64,000 bases of DNA. Origin: Clostridiales bacterium (GTDB lineage: Bacteria; Bacillota; Clostridia; Christensenellales; QAND01). The notes under the pieces are model-generated. The model did no database searches. It was given only the letters and a program-made list of their open reading frames with translations, and had not been told where the DNA came from. Positions 28,524 to 37,538 of this stretch are shown here, piece by piece; position 1 is the first letter of the stretch, and every line of letters starts with the position of its first letter. The DNA lies in the NCBI GenBank assembly GCA_015056185.1, contig SVGV01000001.1:8285-72284 (forward strand). The letters are read 5' to 3'. Made by a program: the position numbers and the translations under genes.

Positions 28524-30197
28524 ATGAAACAGTTTTTAACCTTATTTAAAGTGGAACTAAAGCTCCAGCTGGGGCTGCAGTCTCTAAAAGAGGATTTGAA
28601 AAGCGGGCCCAAGGGCATTGCAAAGGCCATTGGCTACATTGTGCTGGCGCTGGTTTTGATCGGCTCTTTGGGGTTTGCTTACCTCTTCTTCCTTGATTTG
28701 TTGTTTGGGCCTGCCTGCAAGTTTGGCATGGGAAGCACCCTCGTGGGCTGCATCATGCTCCTTGCCATGGTGACCACCTTCATCTTTGGGATTTTGAAAT
28801 GTCTGGGTCTGTACTTTAGCCGGGATGTGGACTTTTTGTTTGCTATGCCCATTTCCTCCCGGGTGGCCTTTTTAGGGAAGTTCACCCCGATTTTTGTAAG
28901 TGAAGTGCTGCTCAATGCTTTGATCATCGTGCCCGGACTGATCATCTACACCAAGTATGCTTCGGTGGATGCCATGTTCTGGGTGAAGATGGTGCCCGTT
29001 GTGCTGTTTTCTGCAGCCATCCCCATGGCGTTGGCCACGCTGGTATCCTGGGCGCTGATGGGGGCATCCGCCCTTGTGAAGCACAAGGATAAGATCTTAC
29101 TGGCGTTAAGCGTACTCTTCTTTGTGGGGTACATGCTGGCGGTACAGTACTTAAGTGCCGGCATGGAGACCATGGATGAGGTCACCATGGTCATCGGCCT
29201 TTTGACCGGCGGTATTTTAGAGAGCATTACATCGGCATTTCCCCCTGCCTGCTGGGCGGCGGAAGCGCTGGTTTACGGCGGCAGCACCGGTATGAATGCA
29301 CTGCTGCTGTACCTTGGGGTGAGCATCGGTGCTCTTGTACTGAGCATGTACGTTGCGGGCAGATCCTTCGGGAAGCTTTCCGGCAAGCAGATGGAAACTG
29401 CAAAGAGCGAAAAGCAGGTGGATATGGAAAAATCCACAAAGCAGCGGGGTGTGATGGCGGCACTGGTGGTAAAGGAGTGGAGGAGCATCCTTCGTTCCCC
29501 CGTGTATACCATGAACTCTCTGGTGCCTGTTTTAGTAGGACCCATCATGGTGTTTTCCGTATTCCTCATCCCCCGGGGTGACATTGGCACCTTAAATGAG
29601 TTTTTAGCCAGTGTTGAGATCCCCCCGGATATTATGGGCTACATCGGCCTTGGGATGATGGCGCTGATGTACTTTTTAGGCTTCATGAGCCCCGGCGCGG
29701 CTACGGTATACACCCGGGAAGGTCAGGCGGTGTGGGTATTAAAGACGCTGCCCGTTGAGCCTAAGAAGATTTTGATGAGTAAATTGATCTTTGCGTTTAT
29801 GATCGATCTTCTTGCCATCGGATTGATGGCGGTATTGCTTGTGCTGGTGGCCGGGTTTTTGCCCCTGGGTTTGGTGCTGCTGGCCGCAGTTGGGGCGATC
29901 ATTACATCCATGCCCGTGTTGATCGGCTCGGTATTGATCGACATGCAAAAGCCCAATTTGACCTGGATCAACGAGACAGCGGCCATCAAGCGCGGGCGCA
30001 GTGTGATGCTGCAGATGCTCTTAGGTTTTGGCTATATGGCAGTACTGGGCGGCCTTGTGTATTTGCTGTTTACCATGGGCGCCGCAACCGAAGTGGTGTG
30101 GGCGGTGCTGCTGGGGCTTTCCGGCGTGCTCTCTGCCATCATCTTTGTGCTGTTGTTTAAACATGCTGCCCCTATGCTGCAGCGCATGGGAGAATAA
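28524..30197 (+). CDS. ABC-2 type transporter permease
   Basis: Multi-TM; SRDVDFLFAMP, KEWRSILRSP, TREG..VWVLKTLP. Confidence 0.88.
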   Translation: MKQFLTLFKVELKLQLGLQSLKEDLKSGPKGIAKAIGYIVLALVLIGSLGFAYLFFLDLLFGPACKFGMGSTLVGCIMLLAMVTTFIFGILKCLGLYFSRDVDFLFAMPISSRVAFLGKFTPIFVSEVLLNALIIVPGLIIYTKYASVDAMFWVKMVPVVLFSAAIPMALATLVSWALMGASALVKHKDKILLALSVLFFVGYMLAVQYLSAGMETMDEVTMVIGLLTGGILESITSAFPPACWAAEALVYGGSTGMNALLLYLGVSIGALVLSMYVAGRSFGKLSGKQMETAKSEKQVDMEKSTKQRGVMAALVVKEWRSILRSPVYTMNSLVPVLVGPIMVFSVFLIPRGDIGTLNEFLASVEIPPDIMGYIGLGMMALMYFLGFMSPGAATVYTREGQAVWVLKTLPVEPKKILMSKLIFAFMIDLLAIGLMAVLLVLVAGFLPLGLVLLAAVGAIITSMPVLIGSVLIDMQKPNLTWINETAAIKRGRSVMLQMLLGFGYMAVLGGLVYLLFTMGAATEVVWAVLLGLSGVLSAIIFVLLFKHAAPMLQRMGE

Positions 30198-30198
30198 T

Positions 30199-30264
30199 AA
30201 AAAAGAGCCGAAAGGCTCTTTTTTTTGTAAACAAAAACCCCGCTTTAGCGGGGTTTGTTTTTTT
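30199..30264. terminator. Two back-to-back terminators for convergent units
   Basis: AAAAAGAGCC-GAAA-GGCTCTTTTTTT, then AAACCCCGC-TTTA-GCGGGGTTT. Confidence 0.85.
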
Positions 30265-30607
30265 ACTGGACTTTCTTTAATACGGATTTTGCGCCCTGAG
30301 CATCGGTGAGGGTGAGAACGGAACCATCTTCATTTAAGGAGAAGGTGACCACACGGCTGACCTTGGTGCCGCTGGGGGGAGCAACGGTGATGGTGAGCTT
30401 GTCGGTATCCTTTTCGTGCTCGAAGCTGCCGCCTACTGCGACGCTCTCGGTGTTTTCGCCCACCAGGAGCTGATCATTATTGGTGAACTGGTAGATGGTG
30501 CCGGTGCCTTCTTCCTTCCAGGTGCCGCTGAAGGGATAGTTGTTGCCGCAGCCCACGGCCAAGAGAAGGATCAGTGCCAGGCAAAGGGCAAGTGCAATAC
30601 GTTTCAT
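30263..30607 (-). CDS. Small lipoprotein, beta-rich (DUF5640/lipocalin-like)
   Basis: Lipobox AVGC; G-x-W motif; alternating beta-strand pattern. Confidence 0.75.
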   Translation of the reverse strand: MKRIALALCLALILLLAVGCGNNYPFSGTWKEEGTGTIYQFTNNDQLLVGENTESVAVGGSFEHEKDTDKLTITVAPPSGTKVSRVVTFSLNEDGSVLTLTDAQGAKSVLKKVQ

Positions 30608-30633
30608 AGGGTGCCTCCTATAGGTTTTGCTTA

Positions 30634-30993
30634 TTAATCGGGTTGGCGGGTCATGGTGACCACGCTGCCCGTTAAGGAACTGGTTAAGGTGAGGGTGTTG
30701 CCCTCTAAGAAATAGGCGCTTTCCTGGCGCTGGATCTGGCTATCCACGATGAGCTGGATCTCAAGGGTGCCGGAGGCTTCATCCATAATGTAGTTGGCGG
30801 TGTAGGGGGTGAGCTTGGGAAGCTCGATCTCTACCGTGCCGTCGTTATGGAAGGTGTAGACTGCGCCGTTGTCATCATGGACCCAGCGGCCGATGAGGGT
30901 GGCGGGCTCCTGCTTTTGACTGGAGAGGACCACATAGGTGCCCGTTGCGATGATCAGCAGTATGAGTAAGACGATGGCGATCTTCTTAAGCAC
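30634..30993 (-). CDS. Small membrane-anchored beta-rich protein, paralogue of the neighbouring gene
   Basis: N-terminal TM; LIGRW...YTFHNDGT...GNTLTLT; GGAGG RBS with GTG start. Confidence 0.75.
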   Translation of the reverse strand: MLKKIAIVLLILLIIATGTYVVLSSQKQEPATLIGRWVHDDNGAVYTFHNDGTVEIELPKLTPYTANYIMDEASGTLEIQLIVDSQIQRQESAYFLEGNTLTLTSSLTGSVVTMTRQPD

Positions 30994-31210
30994 GGTGGGC
31001 CTCCTTTAAATACGCTTCATTGTATTATAGCCAATCTTTGATGCCCTTGTAAAGCGAAAACCCGTTAAAAAGCCGTGAAGGGGGGAGAAAGGGGCGAAAT
31101 CTGCCATGGCCTGTGAGAAAAAAGGGGAGTTTGTGGGAACAAGGCCGTAAAAAAAGAGAACAGGGCCCATGGTAGGCTTATGGGGAAATTGAAGGAAAGG
31201 AGGCGGCGGG

Positions 31211-31732
31211 ATGACGGAGCGGCAACGACGGTTTTGTGCCCTGGTTGCCAAGGGAGTAAGCCACAGGCAGGCGGCGAAGGAATGCGGTTACCATGCCGAT
31301 TACGGAAAGAAACTGATGGACCGTGAGGAGATCAAACAAGAGATCGACCTTAAGAAGGAAAACAAAGGGCCTTTAAGCCATGGGCCGGATGAGGTGTTGA
31401 AGCTTTATGAAAAGATCGCTTTTTGTGATCTGGGAGATTATTTGCGGTTTGGTACCAGAGAAGAGGACGGTAAAACCGTAAGCTATGTGGAGTTAAAGGA
31501 ATCTGCCACGGTGGACGGGCAGCTCATTGAGGAGATCGTGATCTCCCCTAAGGGGATCCCCAAGGTGAAGGTGCCCGACAAGATGAAGGCCCTTGAGAAG
31601 CTGGAACGATACTATGACCTTTTGCCGGATACCTACCGCAGGCAGCTGGAGGAGCGTAAGCTGCAGCTGGCGGATAAGGAGGAGCAGCCCATGATGATCG
31701 TGACGAAGATACCGAGGCCCGAGGACGAATGA
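31211..31732 (+). CDS. Terminase small subunit
   Basis: N-terminal MTERQRRFC...AAKECGY HTH; DKMKALEKL; overlaps TerL start (ATGA). Confidence 0.85.
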   Translation: MTERQRRFCALVAKGVSHRQAAKECGYHADYGKKLMDREEIKQEIDLKKENKGPLSHGPDEVLKLYEKIAFCDLGDYLRFGTREEDGKTVSYVELKESATVDGQLIEEIVISPKGIPKVKVPDKMKALEKLERYYDLLPDTYRRQLEERKLQLADKEEQPMMIVTKIPRPEDE

Positions 31733-33102
31733 AGGAGATCAGCATTGGTTATACCCCCACAAAAAAACAGCAGATGTTTCATACATCCACCGCGGATGAG
31801 GTGTTGTTTGGGGGTGCGGCCGGCGGGGGAAAGACCGCAGCCCTTGCCATGGAGGCCTGCGCCCGGTGTTTGGCTACCCCCGGGGTACAGATGTATTTGT
31901 TCAGAAGGACTTACCGGGAATTGATGGATACCCTGGTGCTGCAATCCAGAAGATTCATCCCTAAAGAGGTAGCCAGGTTCAGCGCATCCACCATGAGCAT
32001 GGAGTTTTACAACGGCTCTTCCATGAAGTTTCGCCACTGCAACACGGAAGGGGACCGGTTTAACTACGCCGGTGTGGAGATCCACGGGCTGTTTATTGAC
32101 GAGCTGACCCATTTTACCAAGACCATCTATGATTTTTTGAAGACCAGGCTGCGGGCGGAAAAGCGGCTGGGCATCAAACCCATCGTGCGGTGTGCCAGCA
32201 ACCCCGGCGGCATCGGCCACAGCTGGGTGAAGGAACGGTTTGTGGACATCGGCGAGCCTTACGCCATCCACAAGGAGCGGGTGTATAGTGAGGCACTTGG
32301 CTATGCGAGGGAACGGAGCGTGCAGTTTATCCCATCCCTTGCGACGGATAACCCACATATTGGGGATGACTACATCTTTGAATTGGAGGGGAAGCCCAAG
32401 GCATTAAGGGACGCCCTGCTGCTGGGTAGGTGGGATGCCTTTGAAGGCCAGGTATTCGATGAATGGCGGGATGACCCCGATGGATATGAGACCTTAAAGC
32501 ATACCCATGTGATCAAGCCCTTTGCTTTGCCCAAGCATTTTCGACTGTATCGGGCCTTTGATTTTGGCTATGCGCGGCCCTTTGCGGTGTTGTGGTTTGC
32601 GGTGGATGAAGACGATGTGGCCTATTTGTACCGGGAATGGTACGGGGGGAACGGCAACAATGTGGGCATCCGTATTTCTGCGGAGGAGATCGCAAGAGGG
32701 ATCAGGAAGATCGAAGAAGAGGCGGGGGAAAGCGGCGTGATCGGCTTTGCGGACCCCAGTATTTGGGATGGGAGCCGAGGGGAATCCATCGCGGGGCAGA
32801 TGGAGCGCTGCGGCGTGTATTTTACCCCCGGGGAGAATGCACGCATTGCGGGGAAGATGCAGATGCACCGCAGGCTCAGTTTTGATGACAATGGGAAGTG
32901 TTCCCTCTATGTGTTTTCCACCTGCAGAAACTTCATCAGAACGTTGCCGGCGCTGAAATACGATGCCCACCGGCCGGAGGATGTGGATACCGCAGGGGAA
33001 GACCATTTGTATGACGCAGCCAGGTATTTTTTGATGGCGCGTCCCGTGGGGCAAAAGCCCCCCAAGAGAAAAAAGAGGGTATTTAACCCCCTTGAGGATT
33101 AA
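31729..33102 (+). CDS. Terminase large subunit
   Basis: Walker A GGAAGGGKT, Walker B LFIDELTHF, ASNPGGIGHSWVK, nuclease AFDFGY and EDHLYDAARY. Confidence 0.95.
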   Translation: MKEISIGYTPTKKQQMFHTSTADEVLFGGAAGGGKTAALAMEACARCLATPGVQMYLFRRTYRELMDTLVLQSRRFIPKEVARFSASTMSMEFYNGSSMKFRHCNTEGDRFNYAGVEIHGLFIDELTHFTKTIYDFLKTRLRAEKRLGIKPIVRCASNPGGIGHSWVKERFVDIGEPYAIHKERVYSEALGYARERSVQFIPSLATDNPHIGDDYIFELEGKPKALRDALLLGRWDAFEGQVFDEWRDDPDGYETLKHTHVIKPFALPKHFRLYRAFDFGYARPFAVLWFAVDEDDVAYLYREWYGGNGNNVGIRISAEEIARGIRKIEEEAGESGVIGFADPSIWDGSRGESIAGQMERCGVYFTPGENARIAGKMQMHRRLSFDDNGKCSLYVFSTCRNFIRTLPALKYDAHRPEDVDTAGEDHLYDAARYFLMARPVGQKPPKRKKRVFNPLED

Positions 33103-33124
33103 GGGAAAAGATGAGGAGGAAAGA

Positions 33125-34711
33125 ATGAATCAGGAGATCAGAGAAAAGGCACCCAGGCAGGACGAGGAGTTTATTGAAAAAGCCTATGGGTTGTTCGATG
33201 AGTTTTATGCAGAGACCGCCCAGATGAGGCAGAAATGGGAGGAAAATGAGGAGATCTACCGGGCGAATCACTGGAGCAGACAGGTGAAGCGCAGCCCCGA
33301 TGAGCCCCAGCCCGTGAACCCCGTGCTGTTTTCCACCATTGAGAGCATGCTGGCGGATATCATGGACAACTACCCCAGCCCCGTCATTCTGGCGGAAGAG
33401 GAGGGGGATGACGGCGTAGCTGAGACACTGAACGATGTGGTGAAGTACATTTTGAAGCGCAGGCATTACCGCACCACCTTCCGGAAAAAGGCCCGGCAGG
33501 CGTTGATCAAGGGGACATCGGTACAGGAGATCTTTTGGGATACGGAGCTTTACGGAGGTCTGGGGGATGTGAACATTCGCAATTGGGACATCAAACACTT
33601 TTTGTTTGACCCCAAGTGCGAGGATTTTCAGCAGGGGAGAGCCTGTTTTAAGTTTGGGTTTTTTACAAAAGAATGGGTGCTGGACCGCTACCCCTTTGCT
33701 TCTGAGATGCTAAAGCCCGATACCTATACCCCCTACGGCGGCAGCGGGGATGAATTGATGATGATGGAATACTGGTATAAAGAGCGGGATAAGGACGGCG
33801 TGATGCGTTTGCACATGGCGGTGCTTTGCGGCCATGCCCTATTGTACCACAGCAAGGTGAGCCGACCCGAGGGGATGTACCACCATTGCCGTTATCCCTT
33901 TGTAGTGGAAAACCTCTTCCCCCTGGAGGGGATGGCAGCTGGTCTTGGCATTGTGGATGTGTTGAAAAATATGCAGACCTATGCGGACAAGCTGGACCAG
34001 ATCATTTTGAAAAACGCGCTGATGAGCGGGAAGGCCCGCATGCTGGTGAACCGCAATGCTGAGGTGGAAGAGGATGCCCTGTTGGATTGGGATAAGGAGA
34101 TCATCCGGGCATCCCGCATTGACGAAGGCAGTTTGCGCTGGATGCAGCCGGCACCCCTGAACCCCTATGTGATCACCCATTATGACCGTAAGCTGGAGGC
34201 CATCAAGGAGGAAAGCGGCCAGACCATGTTTACCCGGGGTGAAGCGGGGGGCGGCGTTACCGCGGCGACCTCCATCCTGGCGCTGCAGGAAGCGGGCAAC
34301 AAGCGCAGCAGGCTCATCATCGAGCAGATGTACGATGGGTTTGAAGAGCTCATCCGCATGGTGATCGATGTGATCGGCGAGAACTACGATGAGGAGCGGT
34401 ACTTCCGCATCCGCGGGGAGAACAGCGATGCCACCGTGGTGTTGAGTAGCGCCATGCTGATGCGCAGTCACGGTGAGGGGGAAGGCTACATTGAGTTTGA
34501 CGTTTCCGTTGAGGTGGAAAAACAATCCCCCTACCGTAGTGCCTACCAGAATGAATTGGCCCTGCAGTTGCTAAAGGCAGGGGTCATCGAGCGGGAGGAC
34601 TGCCTAAATATGATGTCTTTTACCGGAAAGGAAAAGGCGGTGGCTGCTATGGAAGCAAGAAAACTGGATGCATGGAATGAAGGGACACAGGACCTTGCCA
34701 TGTTGATTTAA
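33125..34711 (+). CDS. Portal protein (P22/podovirus-like)
   Basis: 528 aa immediately after TerL; VNPVLFSTIE, YPFVV, GVTAATSILALQEAGNKR. Confidence 0.85.
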   Translation: MNQEIREKAPRQDEEFIEKAYGLFDEFYAETAQMRQKWEENEEIYRANHWSRQVKRSPDEPQPVNPVLFSTIESMLADIMDNYPSPVILAEEEGDDGVAETLNDVVKYILKRRHYRTTFRKKARQALIKGTSVQEIFWDTELYGGLGDVNIRNWDIKHFLFDPKCEDFQQGRACFKFGFFTKEWVLDRYPFASEMLKPDTYTPYGGSGDELMMMEYWYKERDKDGVMRLHMAVLCGHALLYHSKVSRPEGMYHHCRYPFVVENLFPLEGMAAGLGIVDVLKNMQTYADKLDQIILKNALMSGKARMLVNRNAEVEEDALLDWDKEIIRASRIDEGSLRWMQPAPLNPYVITHYDRKLEAIKEESGQTMFTRGEAGGGVTAATSILALQEAGNKRSRLIIEQMYDGFEELIRMVIDVIGENYDEERYFRIRGENSDATVVLSSAMLMRSHGEGEGYIEFDVSVEVEKQSPYRSAYQNELALQLLKAGVIEREDCLNMMSFTGKEKAVAAMEARKLDAWNEGTQDLAMLI

Positions 34712-34714
34712 GAT

Positions 34715-34749
34715 AAAAGCGGTGCGCATGCGCCGCTTTTTCTTTTTTT
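34715..34749 (+). terminator. Intrinsic terminator inside the phage cassette, after portal
   Basis: AAAAGCGGTGC-GCAT-GCGCCGCTTTT-TCTTTTTTT. Confidence 0.85.
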
Positions 34750-34861
34750 GATGGAGCATCTATGGGGGAATGAAATGGGAAGAGAGGGGGAATGGCGCGG
34801 TAACCCCATGACAAGGGAAACGGGTATGCTGTTGATGGGCGAAAAAAGGAGGAGATACCCA

Positions 34862-35446
34862 ATGGAAGAAACGGTCGGAAATTTGATTGTGGACGACGCA
34901 CAGGTAAGAAACGAACAAGAACGCATGCCGGAGGATTACTACCGGAGCCAGCAGGAGGTGGATGAAGCCTTTAAGAAGCGCCTGGCCGCAGAACGGGCCA
35001 AGTGGGAGAAGGAAGCTGCCAATGCACAGCCATCTTTAGAGGAAGAAACGGGCGAAGAGAGACCCGACGCCGGGGAAATGACTCCACTGGAGCAAAGGCG
35101 CTTTATGGAAGGTGTACTGCGGGCGGAAGAGGAGATCAAACGGGAGGACCCCTATTTTGACATGGAGGAAGAATTTAAGCGTAACCCTATGTTTGCCATG
35201 ATGGTGGCAAACGGTTATGACGCAAAGCGGGTGTATGAATTCTTTTACCCCATCCGTTACAGGGGGAATTTGAAAAAAACGGTGGAGCGGGAAGTGCTTG
35301 ACCGCATCCGTTTGAGAAATAACCGACCCCAGACCATCTCTGCTGCCAATGCTGCTTTGAGCGTAAGGGATATTTCCCGCATGAGCGACGAGGAGATCCG
35401 CGCCATTGACGCCCGTATTAAACGGGGCGAGAAAGTGCGTATTTAG
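34862..35446 (+). CDS. Capsid scaffolding protein (putative)
   Basis: Highly charged helical; SQQEVDEAFKKRLAAER; C-terminal MSDEEIRAIDARIKRGE; directly before MCP; AGGAGG RBS. Confidence 0.75.
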   Translation: MEETVGNLIVDDAQVRNEQERMPEDYYRSQQEVDEAFKKRLAAERAKWEKEAANAQPSLEEETGEERPDAGEMTPLEQRRFMEGVLRAEEEIKREDPYFDMEEEFKRNPMFAMMVANGYDAKRVYEFFYPIRYRGNLKKTVEREVLDRIRLRNNRPQTISAANAALSVRDISRMSDEEIRAIDARIKRGEKVRI

Positions 35447-35466
35447 CACAAAGCCCAAAGGAGGAA

Positions 35467-36672
35467 ATGAAATTGGCAATGAATACGAATTTGACCACCA
35501 GCAGCGCCATCAGCAGCACCATGCAGACCTATTATGACAAAAAGCTGTTGATGAACGCTAAACCCAACCTTGTTTACCAGGCTTACGGCCAGAAGGTGAT
35601 CTTACCGAAGAACTCCGGTAAATCCATCACCTTTCGGAAGTGGACGCCCTTTGGTGCATTGACCACCCCCCTTGTGGAAGGTACCGTGCCCGACGGACAG
35701 TCCCTTGACATGACCAACGTGCCCGCTGCCATCAATCAGTACGGCGGCTATGTGGCGGTATCCGACCTGCTGGACCTGACCGCCCTTGACCCTGTTGTGA
35801 ATGACAGTGTGGAACTGATGGGCGATCAGGGCGGTCTTTCCATCGACCAGGTGGTAAGGGATACCCTGGCAGCCGGTACCAACGTACAGTTTGCCGGCGG
35901 CAAGACCAGCCGCTCTGAGCTGGGTGCTGTAAATGCCGAGGGCAAGATGGAAGGCCTTTTGACGGTGGATGAGGTGCGTAAAGCAGTGCGTACCCTGAAG
36001 AAGAACCGCGCACCCCAGTTTTTGCGGGGCGGCAAGGGCTACTATGTTGCCATTGTAGGCCCTGAGACCACTTTTGATCTGCAGAGCGATGCCCTGTGGC
36101 AGGATGTTTCCAAATATGCCGGCGGCGAGCAGATCTTTGAAGGGGAGATCGGCAAGCTCTTTGGAGTGGTCTTTGTGGAGAGCAGCCACGCCATCATCCA
36201 CAGGCCCAGTCAGCTGATCTCTACCAGCATTGGTTTGCCCTTCAGCGCTGTGACCGATGGCGTTGCTGCGGTGACCTGCAGCATCCCCACTGCGGAAGTA
36301 TCTTCTTTGATCAATAAGGAAGTTATGATCGGCGGGCAGAAGCTTACCATCAGCAGTGTAAACGCCAGCACCCGCAAGGTGACCTTGAGTGATACTTCTT
36401 TCAATCTGGCAGAAGCTGGTGTGATCTATGCTGCTGACGCCGGCTTTGGCGGTGCAGCCATCGGCAATACCGTGGTGCTGGGCAAGAATGCCTATGGCGT
36501 CATCGACGTGGAGGGCGGCAACCTGAGGACCATTGTAAAGCCCAAGGGCAGTGCCGGCACCGCCGACCCGTTGGACCAGATCTCCACTGTGGGCTGGAAG
36601 GTGGATGGCTTTGCGGCCAAGATCCTGCAGCCTTTGTGGATGGTACGCATTGAGCATGCGGTAACCGAATAA
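35467..36672 (+). CDS. Major capsid protein, N4-gp56 family (HK97 fold)
   Basis: TYYDKKLL, LPKNSGKSITFRK, LVEGTVP, QYGGYV, GEIGKLFGVVFVES, ADPLDQISTVGWK. Confidence 0.92.
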   Translation: MKLAMNTNLTTSSAISSTMQTYYDKKLLMNAKPNLVYQAYGQKVILPKNSGKSITFRKWTPFGALTTPLVEGTVPDGQSLDMTNVPAAINQYGGYVAVSDLLDLTALDPVVNDSVELMGDQGGLSIDQVVRDTLAAGTNVQFAGGKTSRSELGAVNAEGKMEGLLTVDEVRKAVRTLKKNRAPQFLRGGKGYYVAIVGPETTFDLQSDALWQDVSKYAGGEQIFEGEIGKLFGVVFVESSHAIIHRPSQLISTSIGLPFSAVTDGVAAVTCSIPTAEVSSLINKEVMIGGQKLTISSVNASTRKVTLSDTSFNLAEAGVIYAADAGFGGAAIGNTVVLGKNAYGVIDVEGGNLRTIVKPKGSAGTADPLDQISTVGWKVDGFAAKILQPLWMVRIEHAVTE

Positions 36673-36687
36673 ACCATTGTTTGCGGC

Positions 36688-36705
36688 GGGGGGCTTTTGC
36701 CCCCC
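36688..36705 (+). other. GC-rich hairpin after the MCP gene without a U tract
   Basis: GGGGGGC-TTTT-GCCCCCC. Confidence 0.7.
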
Positions 36706-36723
36706 AATGCAGAAGGAGGAACC

Positions 36724-36978
36724 ATGAAAAACGTGAATACGACCAAAAACATTGACAAGAAGCCTTTGACCGATGTGGAGATCGACTCCATGAGTGCCCA
36801 GTGCGGCGAGCTTTTGCACAAGTACCCCAAGACCCGTGTGCGCATCCCTGTTGTGCCAGGCGAGGGTGATGTGGTGGAATGCGGCATCAATGGCTATAAC
36901 TTCATCATTAAGCGGGGGGCTACTGTGGAGCTGCCCGAGCCGGTGGTTGAGCTTTTGAGCAACGCCGGCATTGTGTGA
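36724..36978 (+). CDS. Small virion-associated protein (unknown function)
   Basis: AAGGAGG RBS; VECGINGYNFIIKRGATVELPEPV motif, as seen after N4-gp56-type MCPs. Confidence 0.7.
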   Translation: MKNVNTTKNIDKKPLTDVEIDSMSAQCGELLHKYPKTRVRIPVVPGEGDVVECGINGYNFIIKRGATVELPEPVVELLSNAGIV

Positions 36979-37526
36979 GCGCCATGACCGGCCGTGAGAT
37001 CGTATTGATGGTGCTGAGGAACATCGGCGAGGACACCGATGAAACGACCTACGGTGAATACGAAGAGGAGATCCTTTGCGCTGTCAATGAAGCTTACCAG
37101 GAGATCTGCGCCCACCGCTATTTGCCAAGAAGGGAAGCGGAAGTGGAGTTGGGCCCTGAAGGGGAGGACAGGATCGAAGAGAATCTACTGCCCCGTGATG
37201 TGATGAAGATCATGGAGATCAGGGACGAGATGGGCAGAGGCGTCGGGTTTTTGCACAAAGAAGGCTCTGTGGTGCTTAAAAGAAAGTGCAGGCATGTTTT
37301 TGTGAACTACGTATACCGCCCGGAGGATATTACCGCCCAGACGGAGCCTATTTTGCCCAAAGAGTACCACGCAGCCCTTTCGGACTACGGGGCGTTTCGC
37401 TTGATGATCCCCGGGGGAAAGCAGCGTCAGGCGAGAGCAGACCTGTTTTATGCCAACTATGCCCGTGTGATGGGCAGGATCACCCCGATGGAAGATCGGC
37501 GGAAGTTTGTGGGAATGTACCGGTAA
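36975..37526 (+). CDS. Putative head-tail adaptor (P22 gp4 / T7 gp11-like)
   Basis: Position; AVNEAYQEI, PILPKEYHAALSDY pattern. Confidence 0.6.
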   Translation: MSAMTGREIVLMVLRNIGEDTDETTYGEYEEEILCAVNEAYQEICAHRYLPRREAEVELGPEGEDRIEENLLPRDVMKIMEIRDEMGRGVGFLHKEGSVVLKRKCRHVFVNYVYRPEDITAQTEPILPKEYHAALSDYGAFRLMIPGGKQRQARADLFYANYARVMGRITPMEDRRKFVGMYR

Positions 37527-37538
37527 GGAGGAATGGAT

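Noticed and set aside
35602-36819. Long antisense ORFs (this one, 2472-3845, 5331-6176, 24858-25724, 41498-42490, 51077-51892, 54102-55373 and others) as real genes
   Set aside because: They shadow well-supported genes, lack RBSs and motifs, and are expected from codon bias.
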